From: an uncultured Chthoniobacterales bacterium
GTDB taxonomy: Bacteria > Verrucomicrobiota > Verrucomicrobiia > Chthoniobacterales > CALDSX01
DNA length: 64,000 bases
NCBI GenBank assembly: GCA_964652295.1
Contig: CAZZCL010000003.1
Span: 141 to 64,140, forward strand
Direction of reading: 5' to 3'
A program made the position numbers and the translations under genes. Positions 38,014-47,334 of this stretch are shown piece after piece (position 1 is the first letter of the stretch; each line of letters opens with the position of its first letter). The notes under the pieces are model-generated. The model did no database searches and was not told where the DNA came from. It saw only the letters and a list, made by a program, of their open reading frames with translations.

Positions 38014-39120
38014 TCAGGGGGCCGAATGCGCCAATTCCAATCCGCATTGCGCGCGCTGGCGCAGGGCATGATCGCAAAGCACCAGCCAGACCATGGCTTC
38101 CACCATCGGCACAGCCCGAGGCAGCACACACGGATCGTGGCGCCCGCGGGCGGCCAGGACCGTTTGTTCGCCCTCCGTCGTGACGGTGTCCTGCGCCTTT
38201 GCAATGGTTGCTGTCGGTTTGAACGCTACACGAAACACAATGTCCTCGCCGTTGCTGATCCCCCCTTGAATCCCTCCGGAACGATTCGTACGTGTGTGCA
38301 CCCGTCCGTTCTCGACTTCGAAGGCGTCGTTGTGCTCCGACCCGGTAAGCGACGTTCCTGCAAATCCGGAACCGATTTCAAATCCCTTGGTCGCCGGCAA
38401 ACTCATCATGGCTCCGGCGAGATCGGCTTCGAGCTTGTCGAAAACCGGTTCCCCAAGCCCGGGAGGCAGGTTGCGCACAAGACATTCCACTACACCGCCG
38501 ACGGAATCGCCCCGGCTACGCACGTCCTCAATCAGCGAAATCATCCGCTCGGAAGCCTCGGCGTCCGGGCAGCGCACGATGCTGGCTTCCACCGCTTCCC
38601 GGGTGACGTCCGCCGAGTCGATGGCTGCCGCAATCGTGTGCACCCGGGAAACATAGGCCACAACTCTAACTCCGGGAACAATCTCTTCCATGGCCTTCCG
38701 CGCCACGACACCACCTGCCACACGCCCGATGGTTTCACGCGCCGAAGCCCGTCCTCCGCCTTGCCAATTACGGATGCCATACTTGGCTTCGTACGTGTAG
38801 TCCGCGTGTGATGGGCGATAAGCCGTTACCATCTCAGAATAGGCTTCCGGGCGCGCGTCCGTATTCCGCACCATGATAGAGATCGGAGTGCCCAACGTGC
38901 GCCCTTCAAAAACGCCCGAAAGAATTTCGCAGGTGTCAGCCTCCTTACGGGGCGTCACAATCCGGCTTTGACCAGGACGACGCCGGTCCAGTTCCCGTTG
39001 GAGATCCTCCTCAGACAGTGCGATTCGCGGCGGACAGCCATCGACAACGACGCCAACGCCGCCTCCATGCGATTCACCCCACGTCGAGATCCGAAACACC
39101 GTTCCGAAAATGCTTCCCAT
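38014..39120 (-). CDS. aroC: Chorismate synthase
   Basis: N-terminus [23 protein letters not shown]..., and the rest is full-length AroC-like. An alternative ATG lies at 39132. Confidence 0.95.
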   Translation of the reverse strand: MGSIFGTVFRISTWGESHGGGVGVVVDGCPPRIALSEEDLQRELDRRRPGQSRIVTPRKEADTCEILSGVFEGRTLGTPISIMVRNTDARPEAYSEMVTAYRPSHADYTYEAKYGIRNWQGGGRASARETIGRVAGGVVARKAMEEIVPGVRVVAYVSRVHTIAAAIDSADVTREAVEASIVRCPDAEASERMISLIEDVRSRGDSVGGVVECLVRNLPPGLGEPVFDKLEADLAGAMMSLPATKGFEIGSGFAGTSLTGSEHNDAFEVENGRVHTRTNRSGGIQGGISNGEDIVFRVAFKPTATIAKAQDTVTTEGEQTVLAARGRHDPCVLPRAVPMVEAMVWLVLCDHALRQRAQCGLELAHSAP

Positions 39121-39250
39121 TCGACTTGCCAATTAACCCGGGCACGGCGTTGCCGCAACCATCTCCCGCAAAGGATGGACTCGCAAAAATCTCCGGAACA
39201 AGCCATAAATACCCGAACGCGTGGTTTCGATCCGTCCACGTCATTCAGCT

Positions 39251-39712
39251 ATGAAAATGCTTCCTCGATTTGCCATGGTCGTTGCGCTGGCGCTCGCTCT
39301 TTCCCTGACCTCCTGCTACACCCCGGAAGGCCGTGGTGCACTCTACGGCGCGACAGCCGGTGCGGTCGTCGGAAATCTGGTCAACCCTCAGGCCAGCACG
39401 ACCCTCCGAGGTGCCGCACTCGGTGCCGGCATCGGCGCACTCCTCGGCGCATTGGTCGGCCGCCCATACCGCGAGCCCTACTACCCATACCACTACGACG
39501 CCTACCCGGGCTATTATCGGCATTACTCCAGAAGATACGATCAGGGGTATTATCCCCGGCCATCCCAGGGTTATCCCGTGGGGGAACCAGCCAGCGCACC
39601 CGGTTTTGTGCGAAGCCCTTACCCACCCAACAACGTGATCGATGTACGCGGCATTCCTTCCGGCAGTCTTGTGGTCGATCCTTCGACCGATATGGTCTTC
39701 CGGACGCCCTAA
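39251..39712 (+). CDS. Lipoprotein with a glycine-zipper and a Tyr/Pro-rich segment
   Basis: Lipobox LSLTSC. Glycine zipper GATAGAVVGNLV...GAALGAGIGALLGALVG. Followed by YYPYHYDAYPGYYRHY. Confidence 0.7.
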   Translation: MKMLPRFAMVVALALALSLTSCYTPEGRGALYGATAGAVVGNLVNPQASTTLRGAALGAGIGALLGALVGRPYREPYYPYHYDAYPGYYRHYSRRYDQGYYPRPSQGYPVGEPASAPGFVRSPYPPNNVIDVRGIPSGSLVVDPSTDMVFRTP

Positions 39713-39761
39713 AGGGGGCTGCGCCCCACCGGGAAATCGGCTCCGGCTGGCGGCACCGCCA

Positions 39762-40193
39762 TCAGTGGCCTGGTGGCGGATACCACACGTACAACATCAG
39801 GTAAATCACCACGCCGGTCACTGAAACATATAGCCAGACGGGCATCGTAACCCGCCCCAGTTTCCGATGCTTGTCGTAACGCGCCCGCAATGCCGGGATA
39901 ACGGTCAACGCCACCAGCACCGGTACGGCAAACGCAAGAACCACATGGCTGATCAAGATGGCAAAATACACCGGGCGAACCCAGCCTTCGGCAGTGAATT
40001 TTACGGAGCCGACATTGGCGTGATAGATCACGTAGCTGACAAGAAATGCCGTCGACGTGAAGATGGCTGCAATCATGCAGGCGGCATGCGCGCGTTTGCG
40101 CTCGCGCAGAATCAGGATCCAGCCTACGACGATAAAAAGGGTGCTTAACCCGTTCAAGGACGCATTCAGCGCTGGGAGATCCTTCAGCGTCAT
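39762..40193 (-). CDS. DUF420 membrane protein (oxidase-cluster associated)
   Basis: Four TM helices. The pattern LNASLNGLSTLFIVVGWILI...H...FLVSYVIYH is typical of DUF420. 4-nt overlap with sco. Confidence 0.75.
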   Translation of the reverse strand: MTLKDLPALNASLNGLSTLFIVVGWILILRERKRAHAACMIAAIFTSTAFLVSYVIYHANVGSVKFTAEGWVRPVYFAILISHVVLAFAVPVLVALTVIPALRARYDKHRKLGRVTMPVWLYVSVTGVVIYLMLYVWYPPPGH

Positions 40194-40837
40194 GGATTGC
40201 CGGCTATTGCGCGCGCGGCTTCCCGCAGACTCGCACGCGAATCCTCGTCCAAACCCTCGAAATATCCACGGATGGAAGCCGCGCGATCCAACAGGATAAA
40301 CTTTGTGCTATGTACAATGGGACCGTGTTCACTCTGCGCAATGTCTTCCTCCGGCACATCCTGCACGGCCAGACGCAGGCCAGTCATGAGAAACTTGCGC
40401 ACCGACAGCTTGTCTCCGGTCAGAAACCACCAGCGCTCCGGATCAGCACCATGTTGGGCAGCGTACGTGGAAAGCACCGGCGGCGTGTCGTACTCGGGAT
40501 CCACACTGACACTCAGAAAACGCACGGGAACATCCGCAAGCGCACTTTGAAGACGTGCCATTTCCTGAGTCATCCGCGCGCAGGGACCAGGGCAGCGGGT
40601 AAAGATCGCATTGACGATCCACACCGATCCCTCGAGATCCCCCCGTGTCACAGTGCGACCAGCGCTTTCCGTGAATGCGAAATCCGGCACGTCGAACGCA
40701 ACCTGGATGGTCGCCACACCGGCGTTGCGCGCCGGACTGCGCTGCGCATTCAGGAAAAGATAAGCCGCTGCAGACGCCACCGCCAGCACAGCGGCCGCAA
40801 TGATGAAAACCGTTCCTGTGGTGCCGCGCGAGTTCAT
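40190..40837 (-). CDS. SCO1/SenC-family copper chaperone
   Basis: N-terminal TM segment, a thioredoxin fold with CPGPC, and a downstream His (IVHSTKFILL). Confidence 0.85.
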   Translation of the reverse strand: MNSRGTTGTVFIIAAAVLAVASAAAYLFLNAQRSPARNAGVATIQVAFDVPDFAFTESAGRTVTRGDLEGSVWIVNAIFTRCPGPCARMTQEMARLQSALADVPVRFLSVSVDPEYDTPPVLSTYAAQHGADPERWWFLTGDKLSVRKFLMTGLRLAVQDVPEEDIAQSEHGPIVHSTKFILLDRAASIRGYFEGLDEDSRASLREAARAIAGNP

Positions 40838-41736
40838 GCAATGAGCACCGCTGCAAGAAGCATCGACGGCAAATAGACGATGGAAACAAAAAACATCCGG
40901 CGGGCGGCTGTCACATCACGCACCTCCAGAAACCTGAGCGCTGAACCTGCCAGCGGCACGGTCAGCGCTACGGCAGCCGCGAGAAACCAATGGGTTGTAC
41001 GCCCCAGATAAGCAAACTCGACACACAACGCGCCCAGCGCAAGCGCGCCCCCGAGTGCAAGCGCTCCGATTCTCACCGCAGCCCCCGGCCCGCGCGGCAA
41101 CACACGAAACCCTGCGCGCTCGTATTCCTCACGATATATCCATGCAATGGCGTAGAAATGCGGCAGCTGCCACAGTGCCACCATACAAAAAAGGAACCAG
41201 CCCGCAGCAGGCAATCGTCCGTTCACCGCCGCGGCTCCGATCAACGGGGGAAGTGCGCCGGCCACCGCCCCAACAGGTACGCACCATGGCGTCAGCCGTT
41301 TGAGCGGCGTGTAAAGGCCGAGGTACAACCCCAGTGTCGCAATGGCAAGCAGCGCAGCCAGACTCCCAGCCGCCTGCCACAGCCACACAACGCCTGCAAA
41401 AGCCATGCCTGCACCCACTGCGAGGGCGACCCCAGGAGCGATGCGTCCGGCCGCCACAGGACGTTGGGCGGTGCGCGGCATCCGCACATCGTGCTGCCGT
41501 TCCATCCACTGATTCAACGCGGCTGCTGCCGCGGCAACCAGCCCGATGCCAAGCACACTCTGCACAAACCGACCGACATCCAACAGACCCGGGCCGGTCC
41601 GTTCAGACAGCAGATACCCCGCGGCTGCAGACAACAAGACAAAGGATGTCAGCCGCGCCTTGATCAATTCCAGAAAATCGGAGAGCCGCCCCGACAACCG
41701 CGTCGCCTCTTCCGCAGTCTGAGTCATGGCATTCAT
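40834..41736 (-). CDS. ctaB: Heme o synthase (protoheme IX farnesyltransferase)
   Basis: UbiA-family polytopic protein. The ATG at 41736 overlaps the ctaA TGA. The longer 443-aa ORF would overlap ctaA. Confidence 0.85.
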   Translation of the reverse strand: MNAMTQTAEEATRLSGRLSDFLELIKARLTSFVLLSAAAGYLLSERTGPGLLDVGRFVQSVLGIGLVAAAAAALNQWMERQHDVRMPRTAQRPVAAGRIAPGVALAVGAGMAFAGVVWLWQAAGSLAALLAIATLGLYLGLYTPLKRLTPWCVPVGAVAGALPPLIGAAAVNGRLPAAGWFLFCMVALWQLPHFYAIAWIYREEYERAGFRVLPRGPGAAVRIGALALGGALALGALCVEFAYLGRTTHWFLAAAVALTVPLAGSALRFLEVRDVTAARRMFFVSIVYLPSMLLAAVLIA

Positions 41737-42752
41737 GAACTTGCCTCCGCGGCGATGCGCAATGCAATCCGGGCTCGCACGGCCAGCGCCATTGCAAGCA
41801 ACAGCGTCACCGCGCCAATCACAACGTGCCATGTTGCAAAAGCGGGGTTTCGTCCGGTCAACACCACATGCGCGCCGAGAGCGATTTGCACCGTCAACGC
41901 CATGTTGAACCAGAACAGCGGCGCACCCAGCCAGCGCCGACGGAATCCGCCTGCAAATGCACACGCCGTCGCCATCGCAACAATAACCAAGGCAAGCACC
42001 CGGTGCGCGAAATGGATAGCTATAGGAAAGGTTTCCATTGGCGGCACGATCTGCCCAAACGCGAGCGGAAAATCGGGGATCGCCATCCCAGCCTTGTAAT
42101 GACGCATCACCGCTGCCACCACGAGTTGCACAAGCGTAACGCTCAAGGTTCCAATTGCGAGCCATGCCGCGGCTGGAGAGACGCCGCGTGTGCGTTCCCT
42201 TCGCGTGTCCGGATTGCCACGCAAAAACCCCAGCCGCATCGCGACCCCAGCCAACAACAGCAGAAAAACCTGACCGAACACACCGTGGACAATCGCAAGT
42301 TCACGCGAAATCAGTGTCACGCGCAATCCACCCATAACGCCCTGCACAATCACCGCCACCACACACCACAACGCAAGCCAACGCGCGAACCGGTCGCGGT
42401 GCAAACACCATACACCCGCCGCAAGTCCCATGGTCAACAGGCCAATCGCCGCGCCAACAAGTCTGTGGCCATGTTCCAGGCGGACATCCTCCAGGTCCAT
42501 CCAGCCTGGCGGATTGAGTTCCCCGAAGCTCAAAGGCCAATCGGGCACTGCCATGCCCGCGTCTTTCGTGGTCACATGACCCCCGACCGTGATTAGAAAA
42601 AGGGTGGCCACCACGACCGCCCATGCGTATGCCCGCAGCATGCCGGCTGCCACCGAAGATTGCCAGGCCGGTCGTGCGCGCTGTACTCCAAATACATCGG
42701 GCCGCGGAGACTTGTCCACGCGCTCTGCAATCTGCACATCTCCTTGGCTCAC
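41733..42752 (-). CDS. ctaA: Heme a synthase (COX15/CtaA)
   Basis: 8-TM protein with conserved His pairs (EHGHRLVG, FAHRVLAL). Confidence 0.85.
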   Translation of the reverse strand: MSQGDVQIAERVDKSPRPDVFGVQRARPAWQSSVAAGMLRAYAWAVVVATLFLITVGGHVTTKDAGMAVPDWPLSFGELNPPGWMDLEDVRLEHGHRLVGAAIGLLTMGLAAGVWCLHRDRFARWLALWCVVAVIVQGVMGGLRVTLISRELAIVHGVFGQVFLLLLAGVAMRLGFLRGNPDTRRERTRGVSPAAAWLAIGTLSVTLVQLVVAAVMRHYKAGMAIPDFPLAFGQIVPPMETFPIAIHFAHRVLALVIVAMATACAFAGGFRRRWLGAPLFWFNMALTVQIALGAHVVLTGRNPAFATWHVVIGAVTLLLAMALAVRARIALRIAAEASS

Positions 42753-42773
42753 CCCGGTTTCCCCCCTGCGCGC

Positions 42774-43559
42774 TCAGATCTCCTCGAGCGGCTTCGGCAG
42801 TGCGGCAAGCGCCGCCTCATAATCGTCCTCCGCCATCACCTCGATCTCGGCCCGCATCAGCGAGTGACCAGCCCCGCAAAGCTGGCCGCAAATAACTTCA
42901 AAAGTGCCTTCGCGAACAGGAGTGAACCACATCGGTACTTCCATTCCGGGAATGGCGTCCTGTGCGATGCGCATCTGATGAATTGCGAAATTGTGGATAA
43001 CATCCTGCGACGTCACCCGAATGATTACAGGTCTGTTCACCGGCAACGGCAGCGTGTTCAGCGTATTCAACCGGTCATCTTTGCCGGCTTCATCGGTTGG
43101 ATCCAGACCCACACGGTTGTTATCCGTCACGAATCGGACGTCCCGCCTTCCAAAAAGCCCGTCCTCACCCGGGAAATGGAAATACCATCCGAACTGATAT
43201 CCATAAGCCCGCACAGTTACCGCCTCGTCGCCGGGTGGAAGATCATTCACACGGTTCGCCCACAGGGGAAACGCAAACCCCACCAGCAACACCGCCTCGA
43301 TCAGCACCACGCCAATCTCAAGATGCGTCGAAAGCCCGTTGCGGACGCCGCGATAGTTTGCGGAAGGACTGCGCGAACGGCGGAAGCGCCACAGTGTAAT
43401 GATAAAAAACAACGACCAGCCTATGAGCAGTGCAAGCATGAACCAATGCACAAATTCAAGCATCATATCGATCTCAAATCCGTGTTGCGAAGCGCTCTCG
43501 GGCAATCCGAGCAGCTTGTTTATAGGACCCTGAGCAGCGGCGAGCGGCAGTGATATCAT
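42774..43559 (-). CDS. ctaC: Cytochrome c oxidase subunit II (CuA; no fused cytochrome c)
   Basis: Two N-terminal TM helices. DVIHNFAI ... CGQLCGAGHSLM fits the CuA motif, with Gln where A-type enzymes usually have Glu. ATGA overlap with the upstream small ORF. Confidence 0.85.
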   Translation of the reverse strand: MISLPLAAAQGPINKLLGLPESASQHGFEIDMMLEFVHWFMLALLIGWSLFFIITLWRFRRSRSPSANYRGVRNGLSTHLEIGVVLIEAVLLVGFAFPLWANRVNDLPPGDEAVTVRAYGYQFGWYFHFPGEDGLFGRRDVRFVTDNNRVGLDPTDEAGKDDRLNTLNTLPLPVNRPVIIRVTSQDVIHNFAIHQMRIAQDAIPGMEVPMWFTPVREGTFEVICGQLCGAGHSLMRAEIEVMAEDDYEAALAALPKPLEEI

Positions 43560-43897
43560 GGCTGGCAGGTTCCAAGGGATGCGGCATGAGATTCGCCGAC
43601 GCTTCTTGCTTCGTCCATACGCACCTTGTGGCTTAGGCGTGCAAGATGTCGGATAAACAACCCGACACAGGCAAGGACCGACACGATAAATCCAAATAGA
43701 ACAAGGATCGACCAGGAGGCCACACCGGTCATCTTGTCTCCCGGCGCACCAAAACACACAGCGCACGCATGCACCTCCGTCGCGCTTGTGATCATGGCAA
43801 CACTAAGCCACGCCAACCCCGCGAAGGATGGAAAATGAAGTCCCAAACATTTCGCAGGACGCGTCGATACCGATATTCTGGGAGGAGTGTCGTTCAT
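43556..43897 (-). CDS. Small two-TM protein with a periplasmic-facing HxCxxC motif (hypothetical; candidate oxidase assembly or metal factor)
   Basis: 113 aa. Layout: TM1, then TEVHACAVCFGAPGDK, then TM2 (WSILVLFGFIVSVLACVGLFI). Translationally coupled to ctaC. Confidence 0.5.
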   Translation of the reverse strand: MNDTPPRISVSTRPAKCLGLHFPSFAGLAWLSVAMITSATEVHACAVCFGAPGDKMTGVASWSILVLFGFIVSVLACVGLFIRHLARLSHKVRMDEARSVGESHAASLGTCQP

Positions 43898-43901
43898 CGG
43901 G

Positions 43902-44117
43902 TCATTCGCTGTCTTTCCTCGATAAGCGGCGGAGCTTGCGCGCCATCCAAACACCATACAGAAGTAATGCCGCTCCGGCAACAAGACAAACCACCGCGCC
44001 AATGGTGCTCTCCGGCCCGGGAGACAACTCCCGCTCGCGCAGAAAGAGGACTGCCGTGCTCAAACTCATGATGCACGCCAGCGCAATGAACAAAAGGTGA
44101 AAGCTTTTGAGGCCCAT
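43902..44117 (-). CDS. Small two-TM membrane protein (hypothetical)
   Basis: 71 aa. Two clear helices and a basic tail, RKLRRLSRK. It lies 3 nt after the subunit IV stop and 4 nt before the next ORF. Confidence 0.5.
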   Translation of the reverse strand: MGLKSFHLLFIALACIMSLSTAVLFLRERELSPGPESTIGAVVCLVAGAALLLYGVWMARKLRRLSRKDSE

Positions 44118-44120
44118 AAC

Positions 44121-44435
44121 TCACTTCAGCCGGTGAAAAATGTCGGGATGATCGAAGTACGCAAACAACGAAAGAAAAATGAGTCCCAGAAAGAAGATGC
44201 CGGTAAAGGCGAGGATCCGATGGATCAGACGCCGCTCGGATATCAGATGCATGAAAAACAACGCCACCAAAGCGGCTTTGATTGCGGCGATCAACAGCGC
44301 CACCACGACATGACCCTGTGTGCTGATTGGCAGATAGGAAGCCCAAACCGTCACCAGGGTCAGCGCACCCAGCGTCAGGAACACATAGATGTAAGTCCGG
44401 ATATGTTTCCGGAGATGTGCAACGTCGTCAGCCAT
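44121..44435 (-). CDS. Cytochrome c oxidase subunit IV (bacterial CoxIV/CyoD-like)
   Basis: 104 aa with three TM helices. Begins HLRKHIRTYIYVFLTLGALTLVTV.... Confidence 0.75.
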   Translation of the reverse strand: MADDVAHLRKHIRTYIYVFLTLGALTLVTVWASYLPISTQGHVVVALLIAAIKAALVALFFMHLISERRLIHRILAFTGIFFLGLIFLSLFAYFDHPDIFHRLK

Positions 44436-44443
44436 CGGATACC

Positions 44444-44496
44444 GGGGTCAAAAGTGGGGGGAGCGTTTGTGGGGGTTGTTGGGGGGGGGAGCGTTT
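44444..44496 (+). repeat. G-tract cluster (G4, G6, G5, G9) with a duplicated 13-mer, GGGGGGAGCGTTT
   Basis: The 13-mer occurs at 44456-44468 and 44484-44496. It lies in the 66-nt gap between ctaE and the subunit IV gene. The mRNA (minus strand) is correspondingly C-rich. Confidence 0.8.
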
Positions 44497-44501
44497 TATC
44501 C

Positions 44502-45392
44502 TTAAAGAAGGTACAGCACAGGAAAGAGAAAGATCCAGACCAGATCCACAAAATGCCAGAACAAACCGCCAACCTCGACCCGGTTGGCAAGATGCTCGGG
44601 ATCGTTCAGATAAAGGCGGCGTTGCGTCAGCCAGAAATATGCAAGAACAACCATGCCGCCGATCACATGAAGCGCATGCAATCCTGTGAGCGTGAAGTAA
44701 ATGGCCATGTAAGCGCTGTATTTGGGCTGGAAATTACTCCACCAACGCACGTCGTCTTTCGCAACACGAATAATCCCATGGCTTTCGGCCCCTCCTTTAT
44801 CTGCCCGGGCTTCGCCCTCGCCCTGATCGGTGTCATGCGCTTCATGACTGCCTGCGCCATGCCCGCTTGTAGCGGGATCGGGGGCGATCGTAAAATGCGT
44901 CTCCCCCTCGCTGTAAGGTTCGGCGAAGTGTCCGGTGATCTCCATTTCGCCGCTTTCCTCACCAACAGTGAATTTGGCGCCCAATTTTTCCAGCTCCGGT
45001 CGGTACTTCTCCGCCGCGTCGGAATGCAGAATAAAGCCGTAATGTTTGAACTTCTCGGCGTACTCGAGGCTCTTAATACCGAGGAACGCGATCCCGCATA
45101 GCAGGGTGATCCCCAGCCAGAGTTTGAAGCGTCCGTACTCACGAAATTTCAACGAGGCCCACGCCAGCACCATTGTGATTGACGACGTGATCAGAATGAA
45201 CGTGTTGGTCAATCCAAGCGGCACGTTCAGAATGTGCCACGGCCAGATTTCCGCTCCGAGACGCAGGAAGATGTAGGCGGAAAACAACCCGCCAAAGAGC
45301 ATGACTTCGGAAGCGAGGAAGAGCCAGATGCCAAGCTTTGCGTTGTAAAGGCCGGTGTCCGGCCTGGGCTCCACGGTGTGAGGAATCTGCAT
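44502..45392 (-). CDS. ctaE: Cytochrome c oxidase subunit III with a ~100-aa soluble insertion
   Basis: Motifs GIWLFLASEVMLFGGLF and YFTLTGLHALHVIGG, ending FWHFVDLVWIFLFPVLYLL. About 120 residues separate KSLEY from YFTLTG. Confidence 0.85.
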   Translation of the reverse strand: MQIPHTVEPRPDTGLYNAKLGIWLFLASEVMLFGGLFSAYIFLRLGAEIWPWHILNVPLGLTNTFILITSSITMVLAWASLKFREYGRFKLWLGITLLCGIAFLGIKSLEYAEKFKHYGFILHSDAAEKYRPELEKLGAKFTVGEESGEMEITGHFAEPYSEGETHFTIAPDPATSGHGAGSHEAHDTDQGEGEARADKGGAESHGIIRVAKDDVRWWSNFQPKYSAYMAIYFTLTGLHALHVIGGMVVLAYFWLTQRRLYLNDPEHLANRVEVGGLFWHFVDLVWIFLFPVLYLL

Positions 45393-45429
45393 GATGTCGA
45401 TTCTGAGGGGCGGGTTGAAACGCTGCGCG

Positions 45430-47334
45430 TCAGTGCGCACCTTTCAGCACCGGAGGTTCGGGGTGCGCAACGCTGACCGGCTCCGCCTGCATGGAAAAAT
45501 CGGAAGCCGCCCCGGGCACGCTGTATTCGTACGGACCACGATGCGCTTCAACGGGACGGTCAAAGTTGCCGTGGGGCGGCGGCGACGGAGCGCTCCACTC
45601 CAGCGTGGTGGACTGCCACGGGTTGTCATCCACCTTTTTTCCCCACCAAATACTGACGAAGAAATTCACCAGGAACGGGATCTGCACGATGCCGAGTGCA
45701 AACGCCGAGAACGACATGAATTCGTTGAGTTTAAACACGTCTCTTGTCAGATCCCATGTATCCGGGCTGCCGCCGTTGTACCAACGCCTGTGCATTCCTG
45801 CCATCCCCTGCACGAACATCGGGAGAAAGATGCCGTTCATGAAAATCAACGACGGCCAGAAGTGCACTCTTCCCCAGAACTCGCTCATCCGCCTGCCTGT
45901 CGCCTTGGGGAACCAATGATAAACGCCGGCAAAAATCGCGAAGATGGTGCCCGGTGCGACGATATAGTGAAAATGACCAATGACATAATACGTGTCGTGC
46001 AATGTCAGGTCGATGGTGTTGAAGGCAAGCGGCAGGCCGGTCAACCCTCCGATGCCGAACATCGGCAGAAACGCCGCTGCAAACAGCATCGGCGTATTGA
46101 AACGCAATGACCCGCCCCACAATGAGATGAACAGGCAGGACAAAACAATGACGGACGGCACCGAAATCAGAACTGTCGTGGTCTGGAAGAACGTGCTTAC
46201 CGCCGTGCCCATGCCCGTCAGGTACATATGATGCGCCCAGACAATGAATGAGAGAAAACCCAGCACAAGGATCGAGTAGACCATCATGCGGTAACCCCAC
46301 AGGGGCTTGCGCGAGTTGGTCGTGATGATCTCCGCAACGATCCCGAGCGCGGGCAGAATCAGCACGTAAACTTCAGGGTGCGCAAGAAACCAGAACAGGT
46401 GCTGCCACAACAGCGGGCTGCCGCCCCCGCTGATGTTGGCCTGCTGTCCACTCCACATCAGGCCGCTCGGCAGAAAAAAGCTGGTGCCCGCAACGCGATC
46501 CATGAGCTGCATGATTCCCGCAGCTTCCAGGGGCGGAAACGCAAGGAGCAGCAGAAAAGCCGTCACCAGCATCGCCCAACAGAAGAACGGCATCCGGAAC
46601 CAGCTCATACCCCTGGCCCGCAACTGTACAATGGTCGTGATGAAATTGACGGAGCCCAGCAGGGATGACGTGATAAGGAAGATCATCCCGACTAACCAAA
46701 GCGACTGGCCGGTGAGCCACACGCTGGGGAGAGTCTCCAAACCCTGCGCCTGCGCAATAATCTCCGGACGGTCAGCTTCGCTGGCCAATGGGGAATAAGA
46801 CGTCCAGCCCGATTTCGCGGCGCCGCCCGGCACAAAAAAGCTGAAAACCATGACCACTCCCCCCGCAAGATAGCTCCAGTAACTCGCGGCGTTCAGTTTC
46901 GGGAAGGCCATGTCCGGCGCCCCAATCTGCAGCGGCGTTACGTAGTTTCCAAACGCTGCGAACGCCACCGGCACGATTGCAAGGAAAACCATGATCGTGC
47001 CGTGCATGGCCCCAAAGGAATTGTAGGTCTCCGGACTCATGGCCCCGCGCGGGAAATTTTCCGCCACGCCTTGCATCAAGGCACCAACACGCCCTGGCTG
47101 GGCCTCCACGTTCTCAACGATGTTCTTAAGAATGGGCAGCGGTTCGCCGGGGTATGCCAGCTGCCATCGCATGAACAACATCAAAATAAACCCGAACAAT
47201 AAAAAGAACAGACCGGTCAGCGCATACTGGATCCCGATGGTCTTATGATCGGTGGAAAAGATATACTTCCTCCAAAATCCGAGCCTCGGGTGGGAATGCG
47301 GTTGACCCTGAAGAACCTCGTCGTGACTGTGCAT
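45430..47334 (-). CDS. ctaD: Cytochrome c oxidase subunit I (A-family heme-copper oxidase)
   Basis: Motifs STDHKTIGIQY, WFLAHPEVYVLILP and HFHYIVAPG. 634 aa. Confidence 0.95.
   Translation of the reverse strand: MHSHDEVLQGQPHSHPRLGFWRKYIFSTDHKTIGIQYALTGLFFLLFGFILMLFMRWQLAYPGEPLPILKNIVENVEAQPGRVGALMQGVAENFPRGAMSPETYNSFGAMHGTIMVFLAIVPVAFAAFGNYVTPLQIGAPDMAFPKLNAASYWSYLAGGVVMVFSFFVPGGAAKSGWTSYSPLASEADRPEIIAQAQGLETLPSVWLTGQSLWLVGMIFLITSSLLGSVNFITTIVQLRARGMSWFRMPFFCWAMLVTAFLLLLAFPPLEAAGIMQLMDRVAGTSFFLPSGLMWSGQQANISGGGSPLLWQHLFWFLAHPEVYVLILPALGIVAEIITTNSRKPLWGYRMMVYSILVLGFLSFIVWAHHMYLTGMGTAVSTFFQTTTVLISVPSVIVLSCLFISLWGGSLRFNTPMLFAAAFLPMFGIGGLTGLPLAFNTIDLTLHDTYYVIGHFHYIVAPGTIFAIFAGVYHWFPKATGRRMSEFWGRVHFWPSLIFMNGIFLPMFVQGMAGMHRRWYNGGSPDTWDLTRDVFKLNEFMSFSAFALGIVQIPFLVNFFVSIWWGKKVDDNPWQSTTLEWSAPSPPPHGNFDRPVEAHRGPYEYSVPGAASDFSMQAEPVSVAHPEPPVLKGAH

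Noticed and set aside
40990-42099. 369-aa + strand ORF, with similar ORFs at 41826-42596 and 42660-43553
   Set aside because: They are antisense to ctaB, ctaA and ctaC. Their composition (runs of R, H, Q, P) is typical of non-coding frames.
41737-42165. N-terminal extension of ctaB to 443 aa
   Set aside because: It would overlap 430 nt of ctaA. The ATG at 41736 overlaps the ctaA stop and gives a normal-length UbiA-family protein.
44097-45101. 334-aa + strand ORF
   Set aside because: It is antisense to the subunit IV and subunit III genes.
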